From positions 23,519 to 87,518 of the forward strand of contig JANNVX010000064.1 of assembly GCA_031414595.1 (NCBI GenBank): a stretch of 64,000 nt of DNA, given 5' to 3'. A model generated the notes under the pieces. The model was not told the DNA's origin. It saw only the letters and a list, made by a program, of their open reading frames with translations, and did not search any database. Below, piece by piece: positions 49,752 through 60,144 of the stretch. Every line of letters begins with the position of its first letter. Position 1 is the stretch's first letter. Made by a program: the position numbers and the translations under genes. The stretch comes from Deinococcales bacterium. GTDB taxonomy: Bacteria; Deinococcota; Deinococci; Deinococcales; JAAFIG01.

Positions 49752-49928
49752 GCCAAACAACGAAAACACATTCTCGAGACTCGAGAAACTCTTATAGGAA
49801 ATTCGATTCATGCCCTCTCACGCACTTCCCCAGCCTCGCTTCTTGACCATAAACGCGCACCTTACGGGCATGGTCGCTTCGCTAGGCAGCCCCTTCGTTG
49901 AAGGGGCTTAGGGGGAAAGGAATAAGAA

Positions 49929-50864
49929 ATGGAATATCGTCAACTTGGCAATTCAGGTTTAACAGTCTCACTGGTCGGCATTGGTTGTAATAATTTTGGT
50001 GGTCGTGCCGATGCTACTCAGTCTCAAATCGTGATTAAAAAAGCTCTCGATTTAGGGATTACGCTTTTTGACACTGCCGATGTCTACGGTGGTAAAGGCG
50101 GCTCAGAAACGATTTTAGGCGATTACCTTGGGGAAAATCGCCAAAACATTGTGCTTGCCACTAAATTTGGCTGGGATATGTCTGAGACTGATAAAGGCGC
50201 TTCACGGCGGTACATCATGAAAGCCGTTCACTCGAGCTTAAAACGTCTGAAAACCGATTATATAGACTTGTACCAACTGCATAAACCAGACCCTAAAACC
50301 CCAATCGCCGAAACGCTACGTGCCATGAATGACTTGGTAAAAGCGGGTGCGGTGCGCTATATTGGCTGCTCGAATCTCAAATCTTGGCAAGTGGTTGAGG
50401 CGGTGTACACGGCAAAAGAACTAGGACTCGAGGGTTTTATTTCTTGTCAAGACGAATACAGTTTGGTGCAACGCAATGCCGAAAGCGAACTGCTTCCAGC
50501 CATGAAAGCATATGGACTGGGTTTACTGCCCTATTTTCCACTGGCAAGCGGATTACTGAGCGGTAAGTACAAACAGGGTGCGCCAATGCCAGAAGGGGCG
50601 CGTCTGACCAAATCTCAGGGATTAGCCAACGAATACTTAACCGATAAGAACTGGGCAATTGTTGAAAAACTAACGGCATTCTGTGCGGCGCACAATCACA
50701 CCATTCTCGAGTTGGCATTTTCTTGGTTGGCGGCTAACCCTGTGACCTCGAGCATTATTGCTGGCGCAACCAAACCCGAACAAATCGAGCAGAATGTCGC
50801 GGCGGTAAGCTGGCAACTGACCAGCAGTGAACTTGCGGAGGTACAAAAAATCCTCGATGCCTAA
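49929..50864 (+). CDS. Aldo/keto reductase
   Basis: GIGCNNFG, FDTADVYG, ATKFG, DLYQLH, IGCSN. Confidence 0.95.
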   Translation: MEYRQLGNSGLTVSLVGIGCNNFGGRADATQSQIVIKKALDLGITLFDTADVYGGKGGSETILGDYLGENRQNIVLATKFGWDMSETDKGASRRYIMKAVHSSLKRLKTDYIDLYQLHKPDPKTPIAETLRAMNDLVKAGAVRYIGCSNLKSWQVVEAVYTAKELGLEGFISCQDEYSLVQRNAESELLPAMKAYGLGLLPYFPLASGLLSGKYKQGAPMPEGARLTKSQGLANEYLTDKNWAIVEKLTAFCAAHNHTILELAFSWLAANPVTSSIIAGATKPEQIEQNVAAVSWQLTSSELAEVQKILDA

Positions 50865-50914
50865 AATGCCTCGGTTTGGTACTCGAGTACATCAGAAGTT
50901 GGTAAACTAAGACT

Positions 50915-51964
50915 GTGTTACTCCGTTCGCTTTCAACCCTCAATTTCCGCAATCTCGAGGCTGGTAAACTCGAGTTTAAGGCGGGAATTACTGCCATTGT
51001 CGGTGGCAACGGCATGGGCAAATCGAATCTGCTCGAGGCAATTTTTTTGGCTTTAACCGGTGTGGTTGAGGTCTCAAAGCTCGAGACGGTGGTACTGCTC
51101 GGGGAAAAAGAGGCATTTATTGGTGCAGAAGTCGAACGCGAGGACGGCATCACCAAACTCGAGGTTGGCTTAGCCCCCGGTAAAAAACGCGCCAAAGTAG
51201 ATGGGGTGACGGTTCGTGTGGCAGAACTTGCCCGTCATGCCAGTGCGGTGCTGATTCGCCCAGAAGATGCCGATTTAATTCATGGCAGCCCAAGCCTGCG
51301 CCGTGGTTTTTTGGATGTTTTGGTCTCGAGAATTTCGCCGCGTTATGGGGCGCTCTTGCAGCAGTACGAACGGGTGGTGCAGCAGCGCAATGCAGTCCTT
51401 AAAGGTGATCGGGTCGAGGACTGGATGCTTGAAGTCTGGGATGAAAAACTGCTCGAGTACACCGATGAAATTATGCGTTTGCGTCGTCGGGCAATGAACC
51501 GGCTGACCGAAATTGCCAGAGAATCGCACACCGTTCTGGCGGGAAATAACAAAGTGCTTGAACTAAAACTGCTCGAGACTGCCCGTCTGGATGACCTGAA
51601 AACCCACTTAAAAGAAAAACGCCGTGAAGAAATTGCGCGTGGCAGTACCGCCATTGGTCCGCACCGCGATGACCTCGAGATTTTATTGGCTGGGACAAAA
51701 GCATCTGATTATGCTTCTCGCGGCGAAGCTCGCACGATTGCACTGGCGCTGCGTCAAGCCGAATTTATGCTTTTAAGCGAGAAATTCAAAGAAGCACCAG
51801 TTTTGCTGCTTGATGATTTCACGGCTGAACTCGACTCGAGCCGCCGTGATTATTTGCTTGGTATGGCAGAACTTGCGCCTCAAGCCATCGTGACCGGTAC
51901 AGAAGCCGCTCCTCGAGCCATCAAGTCCTACCAGATTACCGATGGGAAACTGACGGTTTTATGA
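50915..51964 (+). CDS. recF: DNA replication/repair protein RecF
   Basis: NFRNL, GGNGMGKSNLLEAI, RRGFLD, GPHRDDL, SRGEAR, LLDDFTAELD. Confidence 0.95.
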   Translation: MLLRSLSTLNFRNLEAGKLEFKAGITAIVGGNGMGKSNLLEAIFLALTGVVEVSKLETVVLLGEKEAFIGAEVEREDGITKLEVGLAPGKKRAKVDGVTVRVAELARHASAVLIRPEDADLIHGSPSLRRGFLDVLVSRISPRYGALLQQYERVVQQRNAVLKGDRVEDWMLEVWDEKLLEYTDEIMRLRRRAMNRLTEIARESHTVLAGNNKVLELKLLETARLDDLKTHLKEKRREEIARGSTAIGPHRDDLEILLAGTKASDYASRGEARTIALALRQAEFMLLSEKFKEAPVLLLDDFTAELDSSRRDYLLGMAELAPQAIVTGTEAAPRAIKSYQITDGKLTVL

Positions 51965-52842
51965 GGTTTCGAGTCTCGCAGCGTTCTCGGGTCGGTGGAA
52001 TGCAGCAAATCACAGGGGTACTTGACCGAGTGGTCGAGCGCAAAGGCTGGAAACGCAGTTTTGATAAGGCGCGGTTACTGGCGGCGTGGGATGATGCGGT
52101 TGGGCATCAATTGGCACGAACCACCAAAGCCATAGAATTTCGCAAGAACCGAGAATCCAAAGAAACCATTATGGCCATTCGGGTGCAGGACAACACCGCC
52201 GCTAGTTTTTTTAGTCTCAACACCCCGCTTTATCTCGAGAAACTGCGCCAAGTCTTGGGAACAGCCGCCCCAACCCACTTGCAATTTACGGTCGGCGCAC
52301 TCGAGAAGGTCAGTAAAACCGTCAAGCACCGTGCAATCAAACTGACCCTAGCCGAACAAAAACGCATTTCCCAAACATTAGAAAACACCCCAGAGAACCT
52401 TCGCAGCACCCTACAAAGCGTGGCAGAAGCCTTGGCTCGAGCGCGGCTAGAACGCCTCCGCAGTGGCTTTGTGCCGTGTCCGATTTGTGCTACCCTGACC
52501 GAAAACCCAGAACCTTGCGCCCATTGTCGGATTACCCTGCGTTCGCCGCTTGCCACCCAATGGCGTTCTAAAATTGTCCGTAACCCAGATTTAATGCTGA
52601 ACCACAGCGAACCAGACGAAATCATGAGTTGCGCCAAGTTCTTAGCCCTCGAGTATTTACAAGGACAACTCGAGGCATTGGCATTGCAAATTCTGGCACA
52701 GAACGCCCCAGAGATGCGCTTTTATCTCGAGCTAACCGCCAAGGCGTATTTGGCACTGCGTCTCGAGCAGCCACTTTTGAGTATTTCCCCTAAAGATTGG
52801 CGGCATTTGCCAGAACGAATTCGCGGGGTTCTCGAGGCATAA
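51961..52842 (+). CDS. DciA (DUF721) family protein with C-terminal Zn-ribbon
   Basis: WDDAVGHQLARTT, CPIC/CAHC, directly after recF. Confidence 0.7.
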   Translation: MRFRVSQRSRVGGMQQITGVLDRVVERKGWKRSFDKARLLAAWDDAVGHQLARTTKAIEFRKNRESKETIMAIRVQDNTAASFFSLNTPLYLEKLRQVLGTAAPTHLQFTVGALEKVSKTVKHRAIKLTLAEQKRISQTLENTPENLRSTLQSVAEALARARLERLRSGFVPCPICATLTENPEPCAHCRITLRSPLATQWRSKIVRNPDLMLNHSEPDEIMSCAKFLALEYLQGQLEALALQILAQNAPEMRFYLELTAKAYLALRLEQPLLSISPKDWRHLPERIRGVLEA

Positions 52843-52850
52843 AAATCATG

Positions 52851-52922
52851 TGCCGTTGGCATGACAGGTTTATCTGCCGTTGGCATGACAGGTTTATCTG
52901 CCGTCGGCGTGACAGGTTTATG
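52851..52922. repeat. 24-bp tandem repeat x3 between convergent genes
   Basis: tgccgttggcatgacaggtttatc x2 plus a variant overlapping the divIVA stop. Confidence 0.85.
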
Positions 52923-53406
52923 TGCCTTTGTCTTCGCCTCGGTCAATGTTTTCCATATGGCTTTGCAGCAGTGCTTTGAACTGCGAAGCAAACATCGAAC
53001 GTTGTGAACGAAGCCGTTCCATTTCCACACGAATGTCTCTGGCTTTATTTAAGGCTTCGCGCAGCAATTGTTCTTTTTGATTTTCGGCTTCTTGAAGCAG
53101 CGTTTGGGCTTGGTGTTCGGCATTTTTGATGCGTAAACTGGCTTCGCGTTCGGCGTTCAGTTTCATTTCATTGGAGATTCGCTCAGCACTGACCACAGCC
53201 CGTTTTAAGGTTTCTTCGCCTTGACGTAATTCGTTGACTTGGGCTTCAAGTTGCGTAATTCGTTCTTGGTTGTTTCGCATTCCACGTTCGTACTCTTCGA
53301 GGTCTTCAGCAACACTCATCAGAAATTCGCGCACGTCTCTTTTGGAATACCCAGAAAGCGCATTTGAAAATTCTTGGTGGCGTACATCGAGTGGTGTGCG
53401 TTTCAT
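52918..53406 (-). CDS. divIVA: DivIVA domain protein
   Basis: TPLDVRHQEF..GYSKRDVREFL then coiled coil. Confidence 0.88.
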   Translation of the reverse strand: MKRTPLDVRHQEFSNALSGYSKRDVREFLMSVAEDLEEYERGMRNNQERITQLEAQVNELRQGEETLKRAVVSAERISNEMKLNAEREASLRIKNAEHQAQTLLQEAENQKEQLLREALNKARDIRVEMERLRSQRSMFASQFKALLQSHMENIDRGEDKGT

Positions 53407-53503
53407 GGATTCCCCTAAACCACTCTACCCGAGAGCAAATGAGAACAACAAGGGCGGAGGTGAAGGCAACAAGGCAAAGGCAAAACAGTTTTCTCGAGAA
53501 TTA

Positions 53504-54130
53504 TCAGATAAAACAGGCTCTACCGATGCGTAGGATGGTTGCACCCTCGTTTATTGCCAGTTCAAGGTCGTCGGACATGCCCATACTCAGATGCTCGAGA
53601 CCGAGTGAATCGCGCAGTTTTGCCAGTCCCGCAAAGGCAGCTTGAGCAAGTGCAGGGTCTTGAGGCGCAACCGTCATTAAGCCGCGAACCATTAGACCCA
53701 AGTCCCTTGCAGTCGCCAAAAGTTCAGGGGCTTGGTTTGGGCTTGCGCCGTGTTTCTGCACTTCAAAGCCCATGTTTATCTCGAGCAGAAGTTCTGGGGT
53801 TTGAAGCCAAGTTTGGCTTCGCTTGGCAATCTCCTCGAGTAGACGCGAACTGTCTACGCTGTGAATCATGCTAAAACCCGCACAGAATTTAACTTTATTG
53901 GTTTGCAGATGCCCGATTAAATGCCATTCTAAATTTGGCTGTGCCTCGAGTTTTGGCAATGCCTCTTGGATACGGTTTTCGCCGAGGATGATGTGACCAT
54001 GTGCCAGAACTGCCGTGCCGATTTCCTCGAGCGTATGCCCTTTGGTGACGGCAATCAGTTTAATGTCGCTTGGGTTGCGCCCAGCCTTTTGGCAAGCTAT
54101 TTGGATACGGGTTTGTACATCTGAAAGCAT
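53504..54130 (-). CDS. yggS: PLP homeostasis protein (YggS family)
   Basis: LIAVTK, GENRIQE, WHLIGHLQTNK, LSMGMSDD, RIGR. Confidence 0.93.
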   Translation of the reverse strand: MLSDVQTRIQIACQKAGRNPSDIKLIAVTKGHTLEEIGTAVLAHGHIILGENRIQEALPKLEAQPNLEWHLIGHLQTNKVKFCAGFSMIHSVDSSRLLEEIAKRSQTWLQTPELLLEINMGFEVQKHGASPNQAPELLATARDLGLMVRGLMTVAPQDPALAQAAFAGLAKLRDSLGLEHLSMGMSDDLELAINEGATILRIGRACFI

Positions 54131-54139
54131 AATAATCCT

Positions 54140-54715
54140 TTAATAATGCAGTTGCCGCACAATGGTTTCGTCTTTGCTGCTTTTATCAGCTTTAAGCTGA
54201 TGCTGGCGCAATAATTCTAAAAAAATCTCTTGATGCCCCAATGAACTGTGCTGACCCATTGCCCACACACGACCCGCTTTTTTAAGTGCTTGGTGTTCTT
54301 CTACACTCGCCTCACGCAGTTTTTGCCAACCGCGCATCAGGCTTGGGCGACCACTCGGATTTGCCCCATCGCTACCCGAGGCGTTCAGCCACAGCAAAGG
54401 CTCGAGACCATCTAACTCGGGCGCACGAACTCCAAGAATCTCCCCTTCGATGTCCCTGATATGCGAATTACACTGCTCGATAATCGTGTTGCAACCCGCA
54501 ATACTTTCTGCTGTTGGCGGTCTGGTATCCAGCCAAGCCATCAAGCCAGAAATAAACCAGCGTTTGGCAGGGGCAGCACTGCTTGGGTACAACTGCAAAA
54601 CTCGAGCGCAACCATAGTTGGGGGCAGGTTGATGCAGCTTTACCGCCCAGAATTGCCCAACCTCAAGGTGGGCTGTGGACTTCGCCACAAAAGGATAGCT
54701 TGGTTTTTTACGCAC
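54140..54715 (-). CDS. Hypothetical protein, possibly Imm26-like immunity protein
   Basis: LEVGQFWAVKL..YGCARVL pattern recalls Imm26-type proteins; TATGCT 6 nt before GTG. Confidence 0.4.
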   Translation of the reverse strand: MRKKPSYPFVAKSTAHLEVGQFWAVKLHQPAPNYGCARVLQLYPSSAAPAKRWFISGLMAWLDTRPPTAESIAGCNTIIEQCNSHIRDIEGEILGVRAPELDGLEPLLWLNASGSDGANPSGRPSLMRGWQKLREASVEEHQALKKAGRVWAMGQHSSLGHQEIFLELLRQHQLKADKSSKDETIVRQLHY

Positions 54716-54807
54716 GGTCTAAGCATAAACGAGATTGACCCGCACATGCCCCTACCTTTAGGTCTGGGATTTAACCTTTTCACCTTTTCACCTTTTAATC
54801 TATCCCC

Positions 54808-55158
54808 ATGACTCTATTTGAACGCATCATCGCAAAAGAAATCCCAAGCAGCATTGTTTTTGAGAACGAGGCATTTATTGCTTTTAAGGACATCAACCCA
54901 AAAGCTCCTGTGCATGTGCTGTGCGTGCCGAAAAAAGTCTCGAGTCGGCTTGACGAATTAACCGCCTCTGAAATGGGAGCTTTGTTTCAAACAGCCACAA
55001 AAGTAGCTCGGGAGGCTTGCGGCTTAAAGGATTACCGTTTGGCAGTCAATCTTGGAGCAGAAGCTGGACAGATTATTTTCCATACCCATGTGCATATTTT
55101 GGGTGGCTGGACAAACTTAAACGCTGAATCACATCACGATCAGATGGGTCAGAAGTGA
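54808..55158 (+). CDS. HIT family nucleotide hydrolase
   Basis: [28 protein letters not shown]. Confidence 0.95.
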   Translation: MTLFERIIAKEIPSSIVFENEAFIAFKDINPKAPVHVLCVPKKVSSRLDELTASEMGALFQTATKVAREACGLKDYRLAVNLGAEAGQIIFHTHVHILGGWTNLNAESHHDQMGQK

Positions 55159-55175
55159 ACTGTTAGAATAACCCC

Positions 55176-55934
55176 ATGACACAAAAAGTGGCACTGATTA
55201 CCGGCGCAGCCCAAGGCATTGGCAAACGCACTGCCGAGGTTTTGGCAGAACGTGGTTTTGCTTTGGTCTTAAACGACCTCCGCCCGACGAATCTCGAGTT
55301 AGGTGTACCAACCCTAGAGGCAACTGGCGATATTAGCGACGAGTCCGTCGTTAAGCATTTTGTGGCGCTCACCTTAGAACGTTTTGGACGTATAGATGTA
55401 CTGGTCAATAACGCTGGAATCAGTTGTATCACGCCTGCCGAAGACACCAGTCTCGAGCAGTGGCAGAAAGTCATGAATGTTAATCTAACCGCGCCATTTT
55501 TGCTTTGCCGAGAATTTGGAAAACTGATGCTGCAACAAGGTTCTGGTAGCATTGTCAACATTGCCAGTGTTGCGGGGCTACTTGGCATTTCAGACCGAAG
55601 TGCCTACAACGCCAGTAAGCACGGACTCATTGGTCTAACCAGAACCCTAGCTGCTGAATGGGGCGGACGTGGTGTGCGGGTCAATGCAGTTTGCCCCGGT
55701 TGGGTACTGACCGAAATGGATCATGCCGATACGGGCGTTGGCACATACACCCATACCGACATTACCAATCGCATACCAATGGGCAGATACGCCATGCCAG
55801 ACGACATTGCCAAGGCTGTGGCATTCCTTGCCGACTCGAGCCAATCTGGGTTTATAAACGGCACAAACGTATCGGTAGATGGAGGCTGGGCAAATGACGG
55901 CAGTTGGGAAAATCTGCGGCTTAAAAAACGTTAA
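55176..55934 (+). CDS. SDR family oxidoreductase
   Basis: TGAAQGIG, NNAG, YNASK. Confidence 0.93.
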   Translation: MTQKVALITGAAQGIGKRTAEVLAERGFALVLNDLRPTNLELGVPTLEATGDISDESVVKHFVALTLERFGRIDVLVNNAGISCITPAEDTSLEQWQKVMNVNLTAPFLLCREFGKLMLQQGSGSIVNIASVAGLLGISDRSAYNASKHGLIGLTRTLAAEWGGRGVRVNAVCPGWVLTEMDHADTGVGTYTHTDITNRIPMGRYAMPDDIAKAVAFLADSSQSGFINGTNVSVDGGWANDGSWENLRLKKR

Positions 55935-55950
55935 ACCGCAGATTGCACAA

Positions 55951-56793
55951 TCAATCTTGGCTTAAGACTTCGGCTAAGACCTTACTGCGTCCCAAAGGGT
56001 AAATATGCGCCCCAGCTACACCAATTTGGCGTAAACCTAAAACCACTTTTTTTGCCCAAGCTATCCCAGCCGCTCGCCCACCATGCTCGAGGGCAATTAA
56101 AAGCGCCTCGGGGATGCTTGCCCATTTGGAAACCCGTTGTGCCATCTCGAGACTGAGTACAGGCAGCACACCATAAAGCACGGGAATACTTGGCTGCACA
56201 ATATCTATAAACCGCCTGACAGTTTCCATCTCAAAGACCGGTTGGGTCTGAGCAAAGTGCGCTCCTGCGGCTACTTTTTCCAAGAACCGGTGTTTCTCGA
56301 GGGTTAAATCAGTGGCACTTGGATTAGCGGCTACGGCAATTGTAAAGCTACTCGGCTCGAGGTCACGTCCAGCATGAGACTTTCCTGCGTTTAAGCCGCT
56401 CACAATGCGGGTTAAGCCCACTGCATCCACTTCAAAAACACCATGGGCGGTGGGGTGATCGCCAATTGAAGGTGGGTCGCCACGTAGACACAAAATGTTC
56501 TGCACCCCAAGCGCCGCCGCCCCCAGCAACTCAGATTGTAAACCCAGTACATTGCGGTCACGACAAGTAAAATGAGCAATCACTTCTAAGCCAAGCTGAC
56601 TCTGCACCAAATGGGCTGCCACCAAAGGATTCATTCGCAAGTTGGCTTGAGGGCTATCAGAGATATTGACTGCATCCACAAGTTTTTGCGCGGCGGCGGC
56701 TTCCTCGAGTAATTTTGTGGCATCCGAACCACGCGGCGGGTCAAGCTCGGCGGTCAAGATAAAGGTTTGACCGAGTTGGTCACGTAGGTTCAT
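55951..56793 (-). CDS. metF: Methylenetetrahydrofolate reductase
   Basis: [32 protein letters not shown]-coupled to metK. Confidence 0.88.
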   Translation of the reverse strand: MNLRDQLGQTFILTAELDPPRGSDATKLLEEAAAAQKLVDAVNISDSPQANLRMNPLVAAHLVQSQLGLEVIAHFTCRDRNVLGLQSELLGAAALGVQNILCLRGDPPSIGDHPTAHGVFEVDAVGLTRIVSGLNAGKSHAGRDLEPSSFTIAVAANPSATDLTLEKHRFLEKVAAGAHFAQTQPVFEMETVRRFIDIVQPSIPVLYGVLPVLSLEMAQRVSKWASIPEALLIALEHGGRAAGIAWAKKVVLGLRQIGVAGAHIYPLGRSKVLAEVLSQD

Positions 56794-57956
56794 GCCAACC
56801 TCGCGGCACGGTCGGTTTGTTCCCACGGCAAGTGTGCCTGTCCAAAATGCCCATAACTCGAGGTCGGCACATAAATCGCTTGCTCGAGACCAAGTTCTTC
56901 GATAATCGCTAAGGGGCGCGGGTCAAAGTGTTCTCGAGCTAACCGACTTAAATCTTGGTCAGAAATTTTACCCGTGCCAAAACTCTCGACCCGCAGACTG
57001 ACCGGATGGGCTTTACCTATCGCATACGCCACTTCGACCATGGCACGGCTGGCAAGTCCAGATGCCACGATGTTCTTTGCCATATAGCGGGCATAATAAG
57101 CGGCGCTTCGGTCTACTTTGGTTGGGTCTTTGCCACTAAACGCCCCGCCACCATGCGGAATTGCCCCGCCATAAGTATCCACAATGATTTTACGACCGGT
57201 TAAACCAGTGTCCGCTCCGGGACCACCAAAAATAAACGAACCAGACGGGTTAATTAAGTAATTGACCTGACTCGAGTCTAGCCAATCTGGAATGACGGGC
57301 AGAATTACATGTTGAATCATATCGGCATGGATTTGTTCTTGACTGATGTCTGGGGCGTGTTGGGTGCTGATGACTGCCGTCTCGAGACCGACCGGTTTTG
57401 CCCCGTCATAAATTAAGGTGACTTGGGATTTTCCATCGGGGCGCAAATAGGCTAAAGTGCCATTTTTACGCACCTCAGCTAGTTTTCTCGAGATTCGGTG
57501 CGCCAACCAAATCGGGGTTGGCATCAGTTCTGGTGTTTCATCAGTCGCATAGCCAAACATCAAGCCTTGGTCGCCTGCTCCGCGTTCGTTGCGTGGGTCA
57601 CGGTCTCCGCCACGCCATTCGGTTGAAACATTGACCCCACTGGCAATTTCTGGACTCTGCCCAGTAATCGTGTTTAGCACCGCCACATGTTCGGCATCAA
57701 AACCAAGTTCGGCACTGGTGTACCCGACTTCGGTAATTGCTTGACGCACTGTTTTCTGCACATCCACAAATTCGGCACTCGAGGTGATTTCACCTGCTAC
57801 CAAGACCAAGCCTTTGGTAACAAGGGTTTCGCAAGCCACTCGAGACTTTGGATCTTGACTTAAAAAAGCGTCCAGAATTGAATCGGAAATCCGATCCGCA
57901 AGTTTATCGGGATGACCTTCTGTCACCGATTCAGAACTGACCAAACGATACTGCAT
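56790..57956 (-). CDS. metK: S-adenosylmethionine synthetase
   Basis: [33 protein letters not shown]. Confidence 0.98.
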   Translation of the reverse strand: MQYRLVSSESVTEGHPDKLADRISDSILDAFLSQDPKSRVACETLVTKGLVLVAGEITSSAEFVDVQKTVRQAITEVGYTSAELGFDAEHVAVLNTITGQSPEIASGVNVSTEWRGGDRDPRNERGAGDQGLMFGYATDETPELMPTPIWLAHRISRKLAEVRKNGTLAYLRPDGKSQVTLIYDGAKPVGLETAVISTQHAPDISQEQIHADMIQHVILPVIPDWLDSSQVNYLINPSGSFIFGGPGADTGLTGRKIIVDTYGGAIPHGGGAFSGKDPTKVDRSAAYYARYMAKNIVASGLASRAMVEVAYAIGKAHPVSLRVESFGTGKISDQDLSRLAREHFDPRPLAIIEELGLEQAIYVPTSSYGHFGQAHLPWEQTDRAARLA

Positions 57957-58058
57957 ACAACCTCCGCAAAAAATTGAAGAGCGAACCACTGTTACAAAAG
58001 TGGTGTGACAAAAAACCGATTTGAATAGAACATTCCCCTTTCTGGAAGGGAAGTCCCT

Positions 58059-58183
58059 TCCTCATCGCTCCGTTGCCCACGAATTTGGGTAACGGCTGGC
58101 TGAAGCACCTAAAGCCCAAGAATAAGGGAATGGTTGCTGCAACGGTCACTGCGCCAGGACGCTCGCGTTGCTCTGGATGAAGC
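58059..58183 (-). promoter_or_regulatory. SAM-I riboswitch
   Basis: UUCAUCCAGAG...CUGGC...GCAACC...GGUGC...GCCAG...GAUGAG (P1, pseudoknot CUGGC/GCCAG, P3 core) upstream of metK; downstream hairpin 58033-58052. Confidence 0.85.
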
Positions 58184-58222
58184 TGTTGCATCGTGTCATG
58201 AGAAGCAACTCGAGTCAAGCGT

Positions 58223-58271
58223 ACAAACGTACCGTATCGGCAAACAAACGTACCGTATCGGAAAACAAACG
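58223..58271. repeat. 21-bp tandem repeat x2.3
   Basis: acaaacgtaccgtatcgg(c/a)aa. Confidence 0.8.
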
Positions 58272-58294
58272 CTTACGCTGTTAAACTACTCAAC

Positions 58295-59014
58295 ATGAGA
58301 ATTTTTATCACCGGTGGAACTGGACGAATGGGCAGTGAACTTATCCCAAGGCTGCGTACTCGAGGCTGGCAAGTAACCGCACCCTCAAGCCAATCAGTCA
58401 GTATCAGCAATGCAAGTGCCATTTCTCGAGCCATCGCAGAAGCCGAGCCTGAGATTGTGCTGCACTTAGCAGCCTACACTGATGTTGCCAAAGCCGAACA
58501 AGACCATGCAGCTTGTTATGCGGTCAATGTCATCGGCTCGAGAAACGTGGCAAAAGCTGCCAATGGTGTGCGGCTGGTACACATCAGTACCGATTATGTG
58601 TTTGATGGCGAACAAGGCATGTACTGCGAGACCGACGCGCCCAACCCCAGCAACTATTACAGTTTAACCAAGACCATTGCCGAAGAAGCGGCTCGAGCCG
58701 CCAATCACAGCCTGATTGTGCGTACCAGTTTTAAGGATGCAATTTGGAAATACCCAATGGCATTTAAAGACCAATTCACCAGTGCCGATTACACCGATGT
58801 GATTGCTGGCGAACTCGAGTTATTGCTACTGAATTTATCTCGAGTTCAAACCGATGTGCTGCATTTGGTAACAGAGCGCAAAAGTATTTTAGAATTAGCA
58901 CAGCGTCGTAACCCACAGGTTCAAGCTGGCTCGAGGGTCGGCGCAAAAGTCCATATTCCACCAGATGTCAGTTTGGATAATTCCAAATGGCTTGGCATAA
59001 AAGCAGAATTTTAA
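58295..59014 (+). CDS. RmlD-like sugar-nucleotide reductase (extended SDR)
   Basis: TGGTGRMG, AAYTDV..AE, HISTDYVFDG, YSLTK. Confidence 0.85.
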   Translation: MRIFITGGTGRMGSELIPRLRTRGWQVTAPSSQSVSISNASAISRAIAEAEPEIVLHLAAYTDVAKAEQDHAACYAVNVIGSRNVAKAANGVRLVHISTDYVFDGEQGMYCETDAPNPSNYYSLTKTIAEEAARAANHSLIVRTSFKDAIWKYPMAFKDQFTSADYTDVIAGELELLLLNLSRVQTDVLHLVTERKSILELAQRRNPQVQAGSRVGAKVHIPPDVSLDNSKWLGIKAEF

Positions 59015-59317
59015 GTCCATCCCGTGAGATGCCTTATCCCGTAACTCGAGACATCAAGGGCTATCACTAAACCTTGCCATATTTGATTGCCTTCTGAGAA
59101 TTTTTCTTGGTTGGCTTGGGCAATTTTTTTGAACGCCTAAAAAACCGAACTCGAGTTGGTTTGTACCAGTGGCAAATATATTTTCGCAAATCTCGAATAC
59201 GTTCACCTGACGGGCATGTATGGTCGAAAACCCAATAGCTAGGTGAAGCCAATTTAAGTTCAAACCAAGAAGTGATGCGTGGACAATTCCTTGCTATTTT
59301 GGGCGTAAACTAGACAG

Positions 59318-59773
59318 ATGCTTTCAATTGTCACGCGGCAACAAGAACTGCGCTTACGAATTCTGGCTAAACTCTATGTCGGGTTTACCGAAGATGCCCA
59401 TGCGTGGTTTGACCTCGAGAAACTGGATTTAAGCAGCACACCAAACATTCCCAGAGCCGAACCAGACGATGATGACGCGCTCGAGCTACCCAAGGCTGAT
59501 TTTAGCCAACCCATCACCGAAAACGAAACTCGAGCTGCTGCGCTGTATTTGCTCGAACGTGGTTTACTGATTGGTTTGCCGCTTGAAGTGCTGCAAGAAC
59601 AAAAGATTGACCCTGCAAAAATGATGTTGCGTTTAACGGCTAATGGGGTGGATGCTCTTGAAAACTTTGCGCTGGCTAATTTCCAAAGAGCCGCCGAGCG
59701 CCCAGTTGGATTTATTCCAATGTCAAACCCTCGAGTCACGGGTATGCCACTTGGACAAAAAGGAAAATCATGA
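59318..59773 (+). CDS. Hypothetical protein (possible winged helix)
   Basis: 151-aa ORF, TAAACT 6 nt before ATG, YLLERGLL..RLTANGVD. Confidence 0.6.
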   Translation: MLSIVTRQQELRLRILAKLYVGFTEDAHAWFDLEKLDLSSTPNIPRAEPDDDDALELPKADFSQPITENETRAAALYLLERGLLIGLPLEVLQEQKIDPAKMMLRLTANGVDALENFALANFQRAAERPVGFIPMSNPRVTGMPLGQKGKS

Positions 59774-59948
59774 ACTCGTCATGCAGAGGTACGCTGAACT
59801 CGTCATGCAGAGGTACACCATGAATTCCCCGCTCGAGTATTTCCAAAGGCGTTGGGTACAACTTTCTTTTTCTTTGGCTGTGATTGCAATTGGTTTATTC
59901 TCGATTCAATTTATTTTTGGCTCGTTCAGGGGCGTAATTCAAGAACTC
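59757..59948 (+). repeat. 192-bp direct repeat, left copy, containing a truncated AI-2E transporter 5' end (partner 61948-62139)
   Basis: Same MNSPLEYFQRRW...GVIQEL peptide in both copies. Confidence 0.92.
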
Positions 59949-60144
59949 GAAGTTTTGCTAATTGTCTCGAGAACTGTGGCTTTGACTGAACCTACATCAT
60001 CTTTTAAGGTCGCTAGGGTTTGTCATTTAGACTCAAACCCCCCAACAACTGCTCCTCCTTCAAAAAAATTCTTTTTGCCTGACCCAGCAGGGTTTTCAAA
60101 AGATAAAATTCTGCTCTTGGTGGTAGGGAATCTGAAAACTATCT

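Noticed and set aside
52851-52922. CRISPR-like array (also 21268, 58223, 59771)
   Set aside because: Units are directly adjacent with no spacers, and no cas genes are present.
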